From: an uncultured Bacilli bacterium
Lineage (GTDB): Bacteria > Bacillota_I > Bacilli_A > RFN20 > CAG-631
Length of the DNA stretch: 64,000 nt
Assembly (NCBI GenBank): GCA_947599835.1
Contig: CANQFQ010000002.1
Location: 35,402-99,401, forward strand
Direction: 5' to 3'
Of this stretch, positions 46,566 through 55,827 are shown in pieces. The position numbers and the translations under genes are program-made. The stretch's first letter is position 1; each line of letters begins with the position of its first letter. The notes under the pieces were generated by a model. It was given only the letters and a program-made list of their open reading frames with translations, did not search any database and was not told the DNA's origin.

Positions 46566-47661
46566 AAAAGTATTATTATTTGGAGGATCTTATAATCCTA
46601 TCCATCAAGGACATTTGAATGCTGCCATCAATGCTTGTAATTATTTAAAATGTGATGAAGTATGGCTAATTCCTAGAAAATATAACTATGATGGCTCATT
46701 GCTTCTCGATAGTAAACATCGAATTGCAATGATGAAAATGGCGCTAACTGGCCTTGACAATTTTAAGATTTGCGATATTGAATTAAAAGATAAAAATAAA
46801 TCTTTTATTTATACGTATAACACTGCTAAATATTTAAAAAGAAAATATAAAGATCAATATCAATTTTATTTTTTAATTGGCGCGGATCAATTAAATAATA
46901 TTGAAAATTGGTATGCCATCGAGCAATTAACAAAAATGTTTCAATTTGTTTGTTTTAAACGTCCTGGTTATCCAATTATGAATGATTTAGCCGATAAATA
47001 TCATATTACAATTATTGATGGTCGGCAAATTGAAGCTTCAAGTACAATGGTACGTTCAGGCGATTTTGATAAAATTAATGACAATATTCAAAAATACATT
47101 ATGGAGCATGGATTGTATTTGAAAGAAAGAATTATGCCACGGTTACCTGAACGCTTATTCATTCATAGTTTGACGAGTGCACGGCTTGCAAAAAAAATTG
47201 CAATCAGTTTACATGTCAATGCGAATCGTGCTTATGTTGCAAGTCTTTTACATGATATTTCTAAATCATTAACTGCCGATGAAATCAAAAAAATTATTGA
47301 AATTCATTATCCTTGTAAACTGCATTTACCAGATTTTGCTTGGCATCAATATGCAAGTGCGTATCTTGCTAAAGTAGAATTTGGTATTCATGATAAAAAA
47401 ATATTAAAAGCCATTGAAAGTCATTGTTATGCTACCATGAAGATGTCACTTTTAGATAAAATTGTGTATTGTTCAGATAAATTAGAAGAAAGCAGATCCT
47501 TTGCCGATGAAGTGATTGAAATTAGAAAGGAAGCTTTGACCAATATTCATCTTGCCTTTATCCATACGATGGAAGAACAGTTACGCATTTTAAAAAATAA
47601 AAAATTACCGGTCGATACGCATTTGGAAAAACTTATAAATTATTATAAAAGAAAGGAATAA
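46549..47661 (+). CDS. nadD: fusion protein: nicotinate-nucleotide adenylyltransferase (NadD) + HD-domain phosphohydrolase (YqeK)
   Basis: N-terminal half GGSYNPIHQGHL (NadD HxGH) and SxT region; C-terminal half HD domain HSLTSARLA…LLHDISK; single uninterrupted ORF; start ATG 46549/46555 overlapping yhbY end (uncertain). Confidence 0.8.
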   Translation: MLMESKKVLLFGGSYNPIHQGHLNAAINACNYLKCDEVWLIPRKYNYDGSLLLDSKHRIAMMKMALTGLDNFKICDIELKDKNKSFIYTYNTAKYLKRKYKDQYQFYFLIGADQLNNIENWYAIEQLTKMFQFVCFKRPGYPIMNDLADKYHITIIDGRQIEASSTMVRSGDFDKINDNIQKYIMEHGLYLKERIMPRLPERLFIHSLTSARLAKKIAISLHVNANRAYVASLLHDISKSLTADEIKKIIEIHYPCKLHLPDFAWHQYASAYLAKVEFGIHDKKILKAIESHCYATMKMSLLDKIVYCSDKLEESRSFADEVIEIRKEALTNIHLAFIHTMEEQLRILKNKKLPVDTHLEKLINYYKRKE

Positions 47662-47665
47662 ATTC

Positions 47666-48004
47666 ATGAATGATCCAAAATTAAAAGTTATATTATCTGC
47701 TTTACTTGATAAAAAAGCTGAAAATGTCGTGTATATTGATGTTCACGAGGTCAATCCATTTTCCGATTATTTTATTATTGCCACCGCTACGAGTCAACGT
47801 CATGCTTTAGCGCTAGGTCAACATTTAAAAGAAATTTTGGTAGAAAATGAGATTCCAACCCACCATATTGAGGGTAGAAATTCGAGTGAATGGGTGCTTG
47901 TCGATGCTAATGAATATGTCATTCATATTTTTAGTGAGCAAGCTAGAATTCACTATGGATTGGAAAAATTGTGGTCAAATTTGAAAATTGTCCGGGTGAG
48001 TTAA
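47666..48004 (+). CDS. rsfS: ribosomal silencing factor RsfS (YqeL)
   Basis: 112 aa, DUF143/Iojap-like motifs VYIDVHEVNPFSDYFIIATATSQRHALAL. Confidence 0.85.
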   Translation: MNDPKLKVILSALLDKKAENVVYIDVHEVNPFSDYFIIATATSQRHALALGQHLKEILVENEIPTHHIEGRNSSEWVLVDANEYVIHIFSEQARIHYGLEKLWSNLKIVRVS

Positions 48005-48676
48005 ATGAAAATATTATTAATCGTTGCGATGCAGTCAGAACTTGATGGCTTTTTAAAAAACTGTAAATTTGAAATGCGTTTTGATGATGGATTTGATTAT
48101 TACTATACAAAACAAACACCGGATAAAGAAATCTTTTTAGTTAAAACGGAAGTGGGTAAGGTCCATGCGGCCATTGTTACGACAACTTTTATTCAAAAAA
48201 TTAAACCCAATTATGTATTAAATGCTGGCATTGCTGGTTCTCTACATGAAAAAATTCCGCCTTTAACAACAATTTATGCTACTAAAACAGCATATTTTGA
48301 TGTGGATTTAACACCTTTCGGATGCAAATTAGGACAATTAGAAAATCTAGATTTATACTTTAAAACGAGCAAAGATTTCTTCAAAAAGATTGATGTAAAT
48401 GATTATCAAGGCTTAATTGTAAGTAGTGATACCTTTGTTTCCACCGTGGAGCAAAAAAATCATATTTTAAAATATTTTCCGAAAGCACTTGCTTGTGATA
48501 TGGAAGGTGCAAGTATTTGTCAAGTCGCCCATTTTTTTAGAAGAAAATTTATGGTTATACGAACCATTTCTGATGTGGTTGGAACTGATCATCATGTGGA
48601 TAATTATCATGATTATAAAGAAGAAGCAATTCAAATGGTGGTTAAGAAAACGCTTCGTTGTCTCGAAACATTATAA
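48005..48676 (+). CDS. mtnN: 5'-methylthioadenosine/S-adenosylhomocysteine nucleosidase
   Basis: 223 aa, MKILLIVAMQSELDGF N-terminus and PNP/UDP fold motifs; abuts rsfS stop. Confidence 0.82.
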   Translation: MKILLIVAMQSELDGFLKNCKFEMRFDDGFDYYYTKQTPDKEIFLVKTEVGKVHAAIVTTTFIQKIKPNYVLNAGIAGSLHEKIPPLTTIYATKTAYFDVDLTPFGCKLGQLENLDLYFKTSKDFFKKIDVNDYQGLIVSSDTFVSTVEQKNHILKYFPKALACDMEGASICQVAHFFRRKFMVIRTISDVVGTDHHVDNYHDYKEEAIQMVVKKTLRCLETL

Positions 48677-48680
48677 AAAT

Positions 48681-48704
48681 AAAAAGGCGATTTGCCTTTT
48701 TTTT
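48681..48704 (+). terminator. Rho-independent terminator after mtnN
   Basis: AAAAAGGC-gattt-GCCTTTTT hairpin followed by T-run. Confidence 0.6.
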
Positions 48705-48867
48705 ATTTAATTTAGGTCAAAAAATGCAAATTTTACTTAAAAATAATATGCCTGTTTATACTATTTGTTTAAAGATTACAATTTTTTTATTTTTTTCTAG
48801 TATTAACTTTTTATTTATTATATAATAAATATGGTTTACATTGTAGTCCGTATAGGAGGGTAAATTT

Positions 48868-51800
48868 ATGAAAAAATCAATTAGCAAAACTATATTCAAA
48901 GGAGTTTCGTTTTCTTTTTTGTGTGCAAGTTTATTTTTAACTTCTTGTTCATCCAATACAAAGAAAAATTGGAATCCAAAAAATAGCGATTCTTCAAAAT
49001 GGGAAGATGTATCCACTTATAAACGCTTATTAGCCCCTGCTAATTTAAAATACGATGCTTCCAAATCCATCCTTTCATGGTCAGCTGTGGATGGTGCAAG
49101 AGCTTATGTTGTTAATTTGAATGGTGAGATTATTAGTTCGCGTGTTACCACTTGTGAATATGAATTTACCTTGTCAAATTTAGAATTGCTTGCAGCTAGT
49201 CAAACCAGCCTAATTAGTGTTCGTGCATTAGCAAAAACAGATGTATATGAAGATTCTCCATATGCTAGTATTACGATTAATCGAACTGATGCTACATCTA
49301 ATTTTACTTATCGGTTATCCGATGATGATCAAACATTAGAAATTACAGGTTTTGCCAATAACATTGATACCACGAAATATGAAGATGAAGGTCTTACATT
49401 TCCGAACACCATTGATGGATTTACTGTTACGCGGATTGCTGACAGAGCCTTTTATCGAAATACCTATCGATTTGATGTTTCGTTTGAAGAAGGATATTTG
49501 TCTATTGGTGAATCTGCGTTTTATAATTCACGTTTTGTGAGTATAACTTTACCAACGACATTAAAAACAATTGAAGACCACGCTTTCCAATCTAGTCGTA
49601 TTAACACAATAATACTTCCTCGAAATATAGAAACTTTGGGTGTGGGTGCTTTCCAAGAAAGTTACTTAGAAACCGTGACTTTTGATGAAAATATATCGCT
49701 TCAAACAATTCCTGAAAATTGTTTTGATTCAACTTCTTTACAATCAGTTGTTTTACCTGCTTCTGTAAAGCAAATTGAAAAAGAAGGTTTTGCAAGAATT
49801 TCTACTTTGAAAGAACTTAAATTTGCTCCCGATGGAAAAACGAGTCTATTAGAATCCATTGGTGAATCTGCATTTATCGGAGCAACTTCTTTAAAAAATA
49901 TTGTTTTTCCGGCTTCTTTAAGAGAAATTAAAGACTCTGCATTTGCTTCGACAGTGGGTTCAAATTGTTCTTATGAAACCATTATGTTTGATACGGATTC
50001 TCGTATAGAAACCATTGGTAATTCCGCTTTTATTCGTTCTTTGAATAGTAATAATTTCAAATATTTTGGAGTCAAAGTGGAAGATAGTGCTGCACTTCCA
50101 GAAGTGGCTACTATTGTATTTCCTAAAACGTTAAAATCTATTGGAATAAGCGCTTTTCAAACTGCTGCTGTTGTTGAAATTCAATTTGAACCTGGAAGTG
50201 TGATTCAAAATATTGATAATCAAGCCTTTTATCAAAATTCACGATTAGTATCGGTTCAACTTCCTGCATCATTGGAAACCATTGGCGAATCTGCATTTAA
50301 TGGATGTACAAATCTTGAGATCGTTGATGCAACTTCTCTCGATGCACAACTTAAAAAAGTTTATGCTAATTCCTTTAATGGAACCAAATGGTATGAGGCT
50401 TCTAATTATATTGTCTTAAATAATGTTTTAATTAAAGATGTCGATCCGATAGACACACCAAGAGAAACGCTTCAAATAGCCGAAGGAATCAAATACATTG
50501 CGAATGGTCTTTATAGTAATGGAAAATATACTTCCATTACTTTACCTAATTCGTTGATTGGTATTTATGAATCAGCTTTTAGTAATAATAGTGAAATTAC
50601 TGCCATCTCAATTCCAAGCAATGTCGAATTTATTGATCAAACGGCATTTTATCGTTGTGAAAAGGTTGAAACTTTGATTTTTGAACCAAATAGTCATCTT
50701 CAAACGATTGGGGTGGGTGCCTTTTCTGGATTAAAATTGTCCTCTATCCGTATTCCTGATAGTGTCATTACCATTGATAGTAGTGCTTTTTCAAACAATA
50801 CGAATGTTAGTTCCGTTATTTTTGAAGGAACTCCTAAAGTTGAAACGATTGGTGCGAATAGTTTCTATGGAATGTCACTATTAAATACATTTACTTTACC
50901 TGATTCTGTAAAAACCATTGGTCAATTAGCTTTTGCTATTGATGCCAATGCTATGAGTGGATTAACTTCTTTTGAAATTTCAAATCAAAGCAATCTTCAA
51001 TTTATTGGCAATTCTGCATTTAGTAATCAACAATACTTAACCACTTTTAAATTACCGGATAGTGTTGAAATTATTGATGATAATGCTTTTTATAACACAA
51101 AATTATTACAAGATTTTCAAATCAGTAATACCTCACAACTTAAAGAATTACATGCTTCTGTTTTTGATGGTAGTGGCATTACTTCCTTTACCCTTCCTGC
51201 AAGTATGGAATATTTAAGCAATGCTGCTTTTAGTGGAGCTAGTGCCTTAACCAATGTTACTTTTGATGATCAATCTTTTGCAAATGCCCTAGAAGAAAAT
51301 CAAACTTTATTTGCAGATACTTTCAGAAATTGTCTTTCACTTCGTGAAATTCATTTACCACAACACATTTTAAATATTGAAAGAAATGCTTTCAACGGAT
51401 GTAGTAATTTACTTACGATTACTACGTATGCTTCAACAATTGATTCTAGTGCATTTGATGGTACGGCATTTGCCGATTCATTTGAAAATGGCATGATTAC
51501 TTTAAATCATGTATTGGTAAAATATTCTGGAAATGATGCAACGATAGTTTTGCCAAATGATATTATCACGATTAATGAAAATGCTTTTGTGGACAAAACA
51601 AATTTAGTTTCCATTACTCTTCCTGCATCTTTGGTTACAATCAAGGATAATGCTTTTGCAAATTGTGAAAACTTAACCACCATTGTTTTACCAAATAATG
51701 CACAATTAGAAACGATTGGCAATCATGCTTTTGCAAATTGTTATGCTTTAACGAATTTTAATTTCACTTCACATTTAAAAACAATGGGTGAATTTGCCTT

Positions 51801-53073
51801 TTTAAATTGTCGTAATCTTGGTGCTGCAAATTTAGCAAGTACCCAACTTGAGACCATTCCATTTGCGGCCTTTGCGAATAACCGTAAATTGCAAGAAGTG
51901 ACTTTACCAGAAACGCTTCAAACGATTGATACGGCTGCTTTCTATTTCGATAGTATTACAAGTATTTCTATTCCAAGTAGTGTGGTAAGTGTTGCAGCTT
52001 ATGCATTTGCATTTAATATTTCTTCTACGAATGCCCCTGCAATTCAAATCACGACAATGATGCAAGAAAATACTTTAGAAACAATTGTCAATCATAAAAA
52101 TAGTTTAATTGAAAATATAAGCAATTATGATTTTACGATTGAAAATTTATCTTTTGCTCTCACGGGTCAATTAGAAACTGTTGGAACCTATGCTTTTAGT
52201 GGCTCAAAAATCACAGAATTATTACTTCCTAATCATGATAATGCAAGTATTTATCTTGAAGCCGATGCTTTTAGTTATGCGACAAAACTTACAAAAGTTA
52301 GTTTTGAAGTGAATGTTTCCTTTGATCTTGGCGTCTTAAGAGGAGCCACTTCTTTACAAGAAATCGAACATAATAGTGAGATTCTTACTTTTACTGCATT
52401 TGGCAATACGGTGACTTCTTTACCAAAAAGCCTAGAAAAAATTGTGATTTCCGATGGTTCAACTAAAATTTTAGATGATGCTTTTAATGGCTATTCCTTT
52501 ATTAAAGAAATTGTTTTACCTGATACCATTCAATCGATTGGTAAACATGCTTTCTATGGTTGTCGCCAATTAACCCAAATCAATCTTGAAAATGTTGAAA
52601 CCATTGGTGATGAAGCTTTTGTCGGTTGTGTTCAATTAAGTCAAATTACCATGGGAACATCTTTAACAAAAATCGGAAATAAAGCTTTCATGGCAACAGC
52701 TTATCTTAATGGTAAGCAAGATGCAGACAATCCATTTATTATTGAAAATGGTATACTATTACTTTACACCGGAAATGAAAAGGAAGTTACACTTCCAGAG
52801 GGTGTTGTTCGGATTGCTGGCGGAGCCTTTAGTGGCAATGCAACAGTCGAAAAAATTATTGCTTCTAGTCAGTTAAAATATATCGATGCCAATGCTTTTG
52901 ATAGTGCAATTCATCTTACGAATTTAGATTTAACGCATTGTACTTCGATTGTCGAAATCGGCTTATATTTATTTAACGATGCGGCGAAAGAATTTAAGGT
53001 AACAGTAACGAATGTGGATGATTATGTTGAATCTAGTGTTTATTGGAAATTATATAGAGATTATCTAGCTTAA
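48868..53073 (+). CDS. giant cell-surface lipoprotein: N-terminal Fn3-like module followed by >40 BspA-type leucine-rich repeats
   Basis: 1401 aa; signal peptide and lipobox LTSCSS; LSWSAVDGARAYVVNLNG module; long array of ~23-aa repeats (…IGESAFYNS.F.SITLP.TLKTI…); AGGAGGG RBS. Confidence 0.8.
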   Translation: MKKSISKTIFKGVSFSFLCASLFLTSCSSNTKKNWNPKNSDSSKWEDVSTYKRLLAPANLKYDASKSILSWSAVDGARAYVVNLNGEIISSRVTTCEYEFTLSNLELLAASQTSLISVRALAKTDVYEDSPYASITINRTDATSNFTYRLSDDDQTLEITGFANNIDTTKYEDEGLTFPNTIDGFTVTRIADRAFYRNTYRFDVSFEEGYLSIGESAFYNSRFVSITLPTTLKTIEDHAFQSSRINTIILPRNIETLGVGAFQESYLETVTFDENISLQTIPENCFDSTSLQSVVLPASVKQIEKEGFARISTLKELKFAPDGKTSLLESIGESAFIGATSLKNIVFPASLREIKDSAFASTVGSNCSYETIMFDTDSRIETIGNSAFIRSLNSNNFKYFGVKVEDSAALPEVATIVFPKTLKSIGISAFQTAAVVEIQFEPGSVIQNIDNQAFYQNSRLVSVQLPASLETIGESAFNGCTNLEIVDATSLDAQLKKVYANSFNGTKWYEASNYIVLNNVLIKDVDPIDTPRETLQIAEGIKYIANGLYSNGKYTSITLPNSLIGIYESAFSNNSEITAISIPSNVEFIDQTAFYRCEKVETLIFEPNSHLQTIGVGAFSGLKLSSIRIPDSVITIDSSAFSNNTNVSSVIFEGTPKVETIGANSFYGMSLLNTFTLPDSVKTIGQLAFAIDANAMSGLTSFEISNQSNLQFIGNSAFSNQQYLTTFKLPDSVEIIDDNAFYNTKLLQDFQISNTSQLKELHASVFDGSGITSFTLPASMEYLSNAAFSGASALTNVTFDDQSFANALEENQTLFADTFRNCLSLREIHLPQHILNIERNAFNGCSNLLTITTYASTIDSSAFDGTAFADSFENGMITLNHVLVKYSGNDATIVLPNDIITINENAFVDKTNLVSITLPASLVTIKDNAFANCENLTTIVLPNNAQLETIGNHAFANCYALTNFNFTSHLKTMGEFAFLNCRNLGAANLASTQLETIPFAAFANNRKLQEVTLPETLQTIDTAAFYFDSITSISIPSSVVSVAAYAFAFNISSTNAPAIQITTMMQENTLETIVNHKNSLIENISNYDFTIENLSFALTGQLETVGTYAFSGSKITELLLPNHDNASIYLEADAFSYATKLTKVSFEVNVSFDLGVLRGATSLQEIEHNSEILTFTAFGNTVTSLPKSLEKIVISDGSTKILDDAFNGYSFIKEIVLPDTIQSIGKHAFYGCRQLTQINLENVETIGDEAFVGCVQLSQITMGTSLTKIGNKAFMATAYLNGKQDADNPFIIENGILLLYTGNEKEVTLPEGVVRIAGGAFSGNATVEKIIASSQLKYIDANAFDSAIHLTNLDLTHCTSIVEIGLYLFNDAAKEFKVTVTNVDDYVESSVYWKLYRDYLA

Positions 53074-53093
53074 TGTTGTCGGTGGTGGTTTAA

Positions 53094-53528
53094 ATGGAAA
53101 CACAAATTAAAATGAGTCGTACAAAAATGCATGAAAATGCTATGATTTGTCTATATCAATATCTCATTTATAATAAAGTTTCAAAAAAATATCGTAAAAG
53201 TATTACAGAAATTGTAAGTGATATTATGGAAGTTTCTTTTGATGATTGTGATGAGTTTTTCAGGTGTATCTTATTTGAAGCCATTCAAGATAAAAAACAA
53301 TTAATTGAAAAGATATCTTCTTGTTTGTCACAAACATGGAAGTTTAATCGTTTGGCGATGATTGCCCAAGCGATTCTTTTGTTGTTTAGTGGAGAAATTA
53401 CGCATCATCGTTTAGAAATCCATGTGGCTATCGATGTGGCTGTTGATTTGGCCAAACGATATTTAGATGAAAATGATTATAAATATATTCATGCGGTTTT
53501 AGATCGTATTGGTAAAGAGTATGCTTAA
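53094..53528 (+). CDS. nusB: transcription antitermination factor NusB
   Basis: 144 aa all-helical; MSRTKMHENAMICLYQYLIY start region similar to NusB MSRR.ARE.ALQ.LYQ; conserved position before xseA. Confidence 0.7.
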   Translation: METQIKMSRTKMHENAMICLYQYLIYNKVSKKYRKSITEIVSDIMEVSFDDCDEFFRCILFEAIQDKKQLIEKISSCLSQTWKFNRLAMIAQAILLLFSGEITHHRLEIHVAIDVAVDLAKRYLDENDYKYIHAVLDRIGKEYA

Positions 53529-54789
53529 TTCAAATTTTTTAACTGTGAGTGAAGTAAACAGTTATATTAAAACTTATCTTGAAAACAATTATTTTTTGAG
53601 TGATATTTACGTTAAAGGTGAAATATCTAATTTTAAACGTCATCAAACAGGGACGTTTTATTTTAGTATCAAAGATGCCACTTCGAAAATCAATGTGGTT
53701 ATGTTTTCAAGCTATGCAAATAAAGTAAAAGATCCTTTGAAAGATGGAAGTCTTGTGTTAATCCGAGGTCACATTTCTGTATATGAAGCAGCGGGAAATT
53801 ATCAAATTATTGCCACAGAATTATCCCTTGATTCCATCGGCCAATTATATTTGGAATATGAACGATTAAAAAAACAATTAGAAGCCGAAGGATTATTTGA
53901 TGAAAAATATAAAAAAGCGTTACCTGCCTATCCTAACAAGATTGGAATTATCACAGCTCCTAAAGGGGCTGCGATTCATGATATGCTAAATACCATCCAA
54001 CATCGTTGGCCTCTAGCTGATGTGATTTTATTTCCTTCCTTAGTTCAAGGAATAAAAGCTGCAGAAGATATTGTCAAAAATATTCAACTCGCGGATCAAT
54101 ATGATTTAGATGTCATTATTTGTGGTCGGGGTGGAGGTTCCATCGAAGATTTGTGGCCATTTAATGAAGAAATTGTAGCAAGAGCCATTTTTCATTGTAA
54201 AACACCTATAATTTCTGCGATTGGCCATCAAAGTGATTATACGATTGCTGACTTTGTTGCCGATAAAAGAGGGCTGACGCCTACCGATGGTGCTGTCCTT
54301 GCTACACCTAAAAAAGAAACTGAATTAGAAAAAATAAGCAATCAAAAGAAATTATTGTTGCATTTGATGACGCAAATCATCAATCAAAAGAAAACCTTAT
54401 TAGCTCAACAAAAAAAGGCCTATATCTTTCAACATCCTCAAAAGCTATATGAAACTTATCGTTTAAAATTAGAACATCTTGAAAAGATGATGATGCAAGA
54501 AATGGAGCAAAAAAATCAATTAACTAGAAAAGATATCGAGACGAAAGCACAAACGCTCATCCATTCTTTTCAAAATTTATTCAATCAAAAACGATATAAT
54601 TTTACAACTTTAATGGGAAAGTTAGATGCTTTAAGTCCCTTAAAAATTTTAAAAAGAGGTTATGGCGCTTTATTTAAAGAAAATCATAATGTAAAAAGTA
54701 TTCATGAAATTCAAGAAAATGATCTTCTTTCGATTCGGTTAGCCGATGGAAAAATAGTTACAAAGGTCATTCATAAGGAGGAAAAGTAA
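53521..54789 (+). CDS. xseA: exodeoxyribonuclease VII large subunit
   Basis: OB-fold N-terminus (LTVSEVNSYIK…), 423 aa from ATG 53521 (overlaps nusB end; TTG 53509 alternative). Confidence 0.85.
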   Translation: MLNSNFLTVSEVNSYIKTYLENNYFLSDIYVKGEISNFKRHQTGTFYFSIKDATSKINVVMFSSYANKVKDPLKDGSLVLIRGHISVYEAAGNYQIIATELSLDSIGQLYLEYERLKKQLEAEGLFDEKYKKALPAYPNKIGIITAPKGAAIHDMLNTIQHRWPLADVILFPSLVQGIKAAEDIVKNIQLADQYDLDVIICGRGGGSIEDLWPFNEEIVARAIFHCKTPIISAIGHQSDYTIADFVADKRGLTPTDGAVLATPKKETELEKISNQKKLLLHLMTQIINQKKTLLAQQKKAYIFQHPQKLYETYRLKLEHLEKMMMQEMEQKNQLTRKDIETKAQTLIHSFQNLFNQKRYNFTTLMGKLDALSPLKILKRGYGALFKENHNVKSIHEIQENDLLSIRLADGKIVTKVIHKEEK

Positions 54790-54791
54790 CC

Positions 54792-55025
54792 ATGGAAGAT
54801 AAAAATACATTCGAAACATCATTAAAAAAATTAGAAGATATTGTTACTAAACTGCAAAAGGGTGATGTTGAATTAGAAGAAGCCTATTCCTTATTTGAAG
54901 AAGGAATCAAATTAACGAAAGAATGTGAAGAAAAATTAACGCGGATTGAAGAAAAATTAGCTAAAATACTTCAAAATAATGAACTTGTAGACTTCCATTT
55001 AGATACGGAATCTTCCAATGAATAA
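54792..55025 (+). CDS. xseB: exodeoxyribonuclease VII small subunit
   Basis: 77 aa helical protein FETSLKKLEDIVTKLQKGDVELEEAYSLFEEGIKLTKECEEKL. Confidence 0.85.
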   Translation: MEDKNTFETSLKKLEDIVTKLQKGDVELEEAYSLFEEGIKLTKECEEKLTRIEEKLAKILQNNELVDFHLDTESSNE

Positions 55026-55827
55026 ACAAAGATTAGACCGAAGATTAGTAGAAAAAAAACAAGTCAATTCCCGTTCCAAAGCTTTACAATTCATCAAAGC
55101 CGGAATCGTTTATGTAAATAAAATCAAAGTGACCAAAGCCGGATTCATGTGTGATGAAAACGATGAAATTGTGATTCAAGAAAATCCACTCTGCGAATAT
55201 GTTTCTAGAGGAGGATTAAAATTAAAAAAGGCTTTAGATTTTTTTCATGTAGATTTGAAAAACAAAGTCGTTTTGGATATTGGAGCTTCAACGGGAGGAT
55301 TTACCGATTGCTGCCTTCAAAATGGGGCTCAGCATGTTTTTGCTTTAGATGTGGGAAGTCATCAATTAGCCGATGCCTTAAGATGTGATTCGCGCGTTAC
55401 TTCCATAGAAAATATGAATTTTAAAAATGCGACATTATCCTTATTTCATCTGCCTATAGATTTAATCACGATTGATGTTTCGTTTATTTCTTTAGAATCC
55501 ATATTTTTTAAAATTAAAGAATTATTTAATAACATTCCAGTGATTGCTTTATTTAAACCACAATTTGAGGTAGGTATTGAAAAAATTAACAAAAATGGCG
55601 TTGTTAAAAATCAAGCCGCACATATTGAAGCTTTAAAGCAATTTCAGTTTTTTTTAAGTCATATCGGTTTTATTTTAAATGATATTACGTTTTCGCCAAT
55701 CATCGGTTTTAAAGAAGGAAACATAGAATATTTATGTTGCATTAACTTTGAAACAAAGATAAAACCCATCGATCCTCAAGTGGTTGTCAATGAGGCTTTT
55801 AAATCCTTAAGGGGGAGTCAATCATGA
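55018..55827 (+). CDS. tlyA: TlyA family rRNA 2'-O-methyltransferase (S4 domain + FtsJ-like)
   Basis: N-terminal S4 RNA-binding domain (RLDRRLVEKK…), SAM-binding VLDIGASTGGFTD; overlaps xseB stop (ATGAATAA). Confidence 0.85.
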   Translation: MNKQRLDRRLVEKKQVNSRSKALQFIKAGIVYVNKIKVTKAGFMCDENDEIVIQENPLCEYVSRGGLKLKKALDFFHVDLKNKVVLDIGASTGGFTDCCLQNGAQHVFALDVGSHQLADALRCDSRVTSIENMNFKNATLSLFHLPIDLITIDVSFISLESIFFKIKELFNNIPVIALFKPQFEVGIEKINKNGVVKNQAAHIEALKQFQFFLSHIGFILNDITFSPIIGFKEGNIEYLCCINFETKIKPIDPQVVVNEAFKSLRGSQS

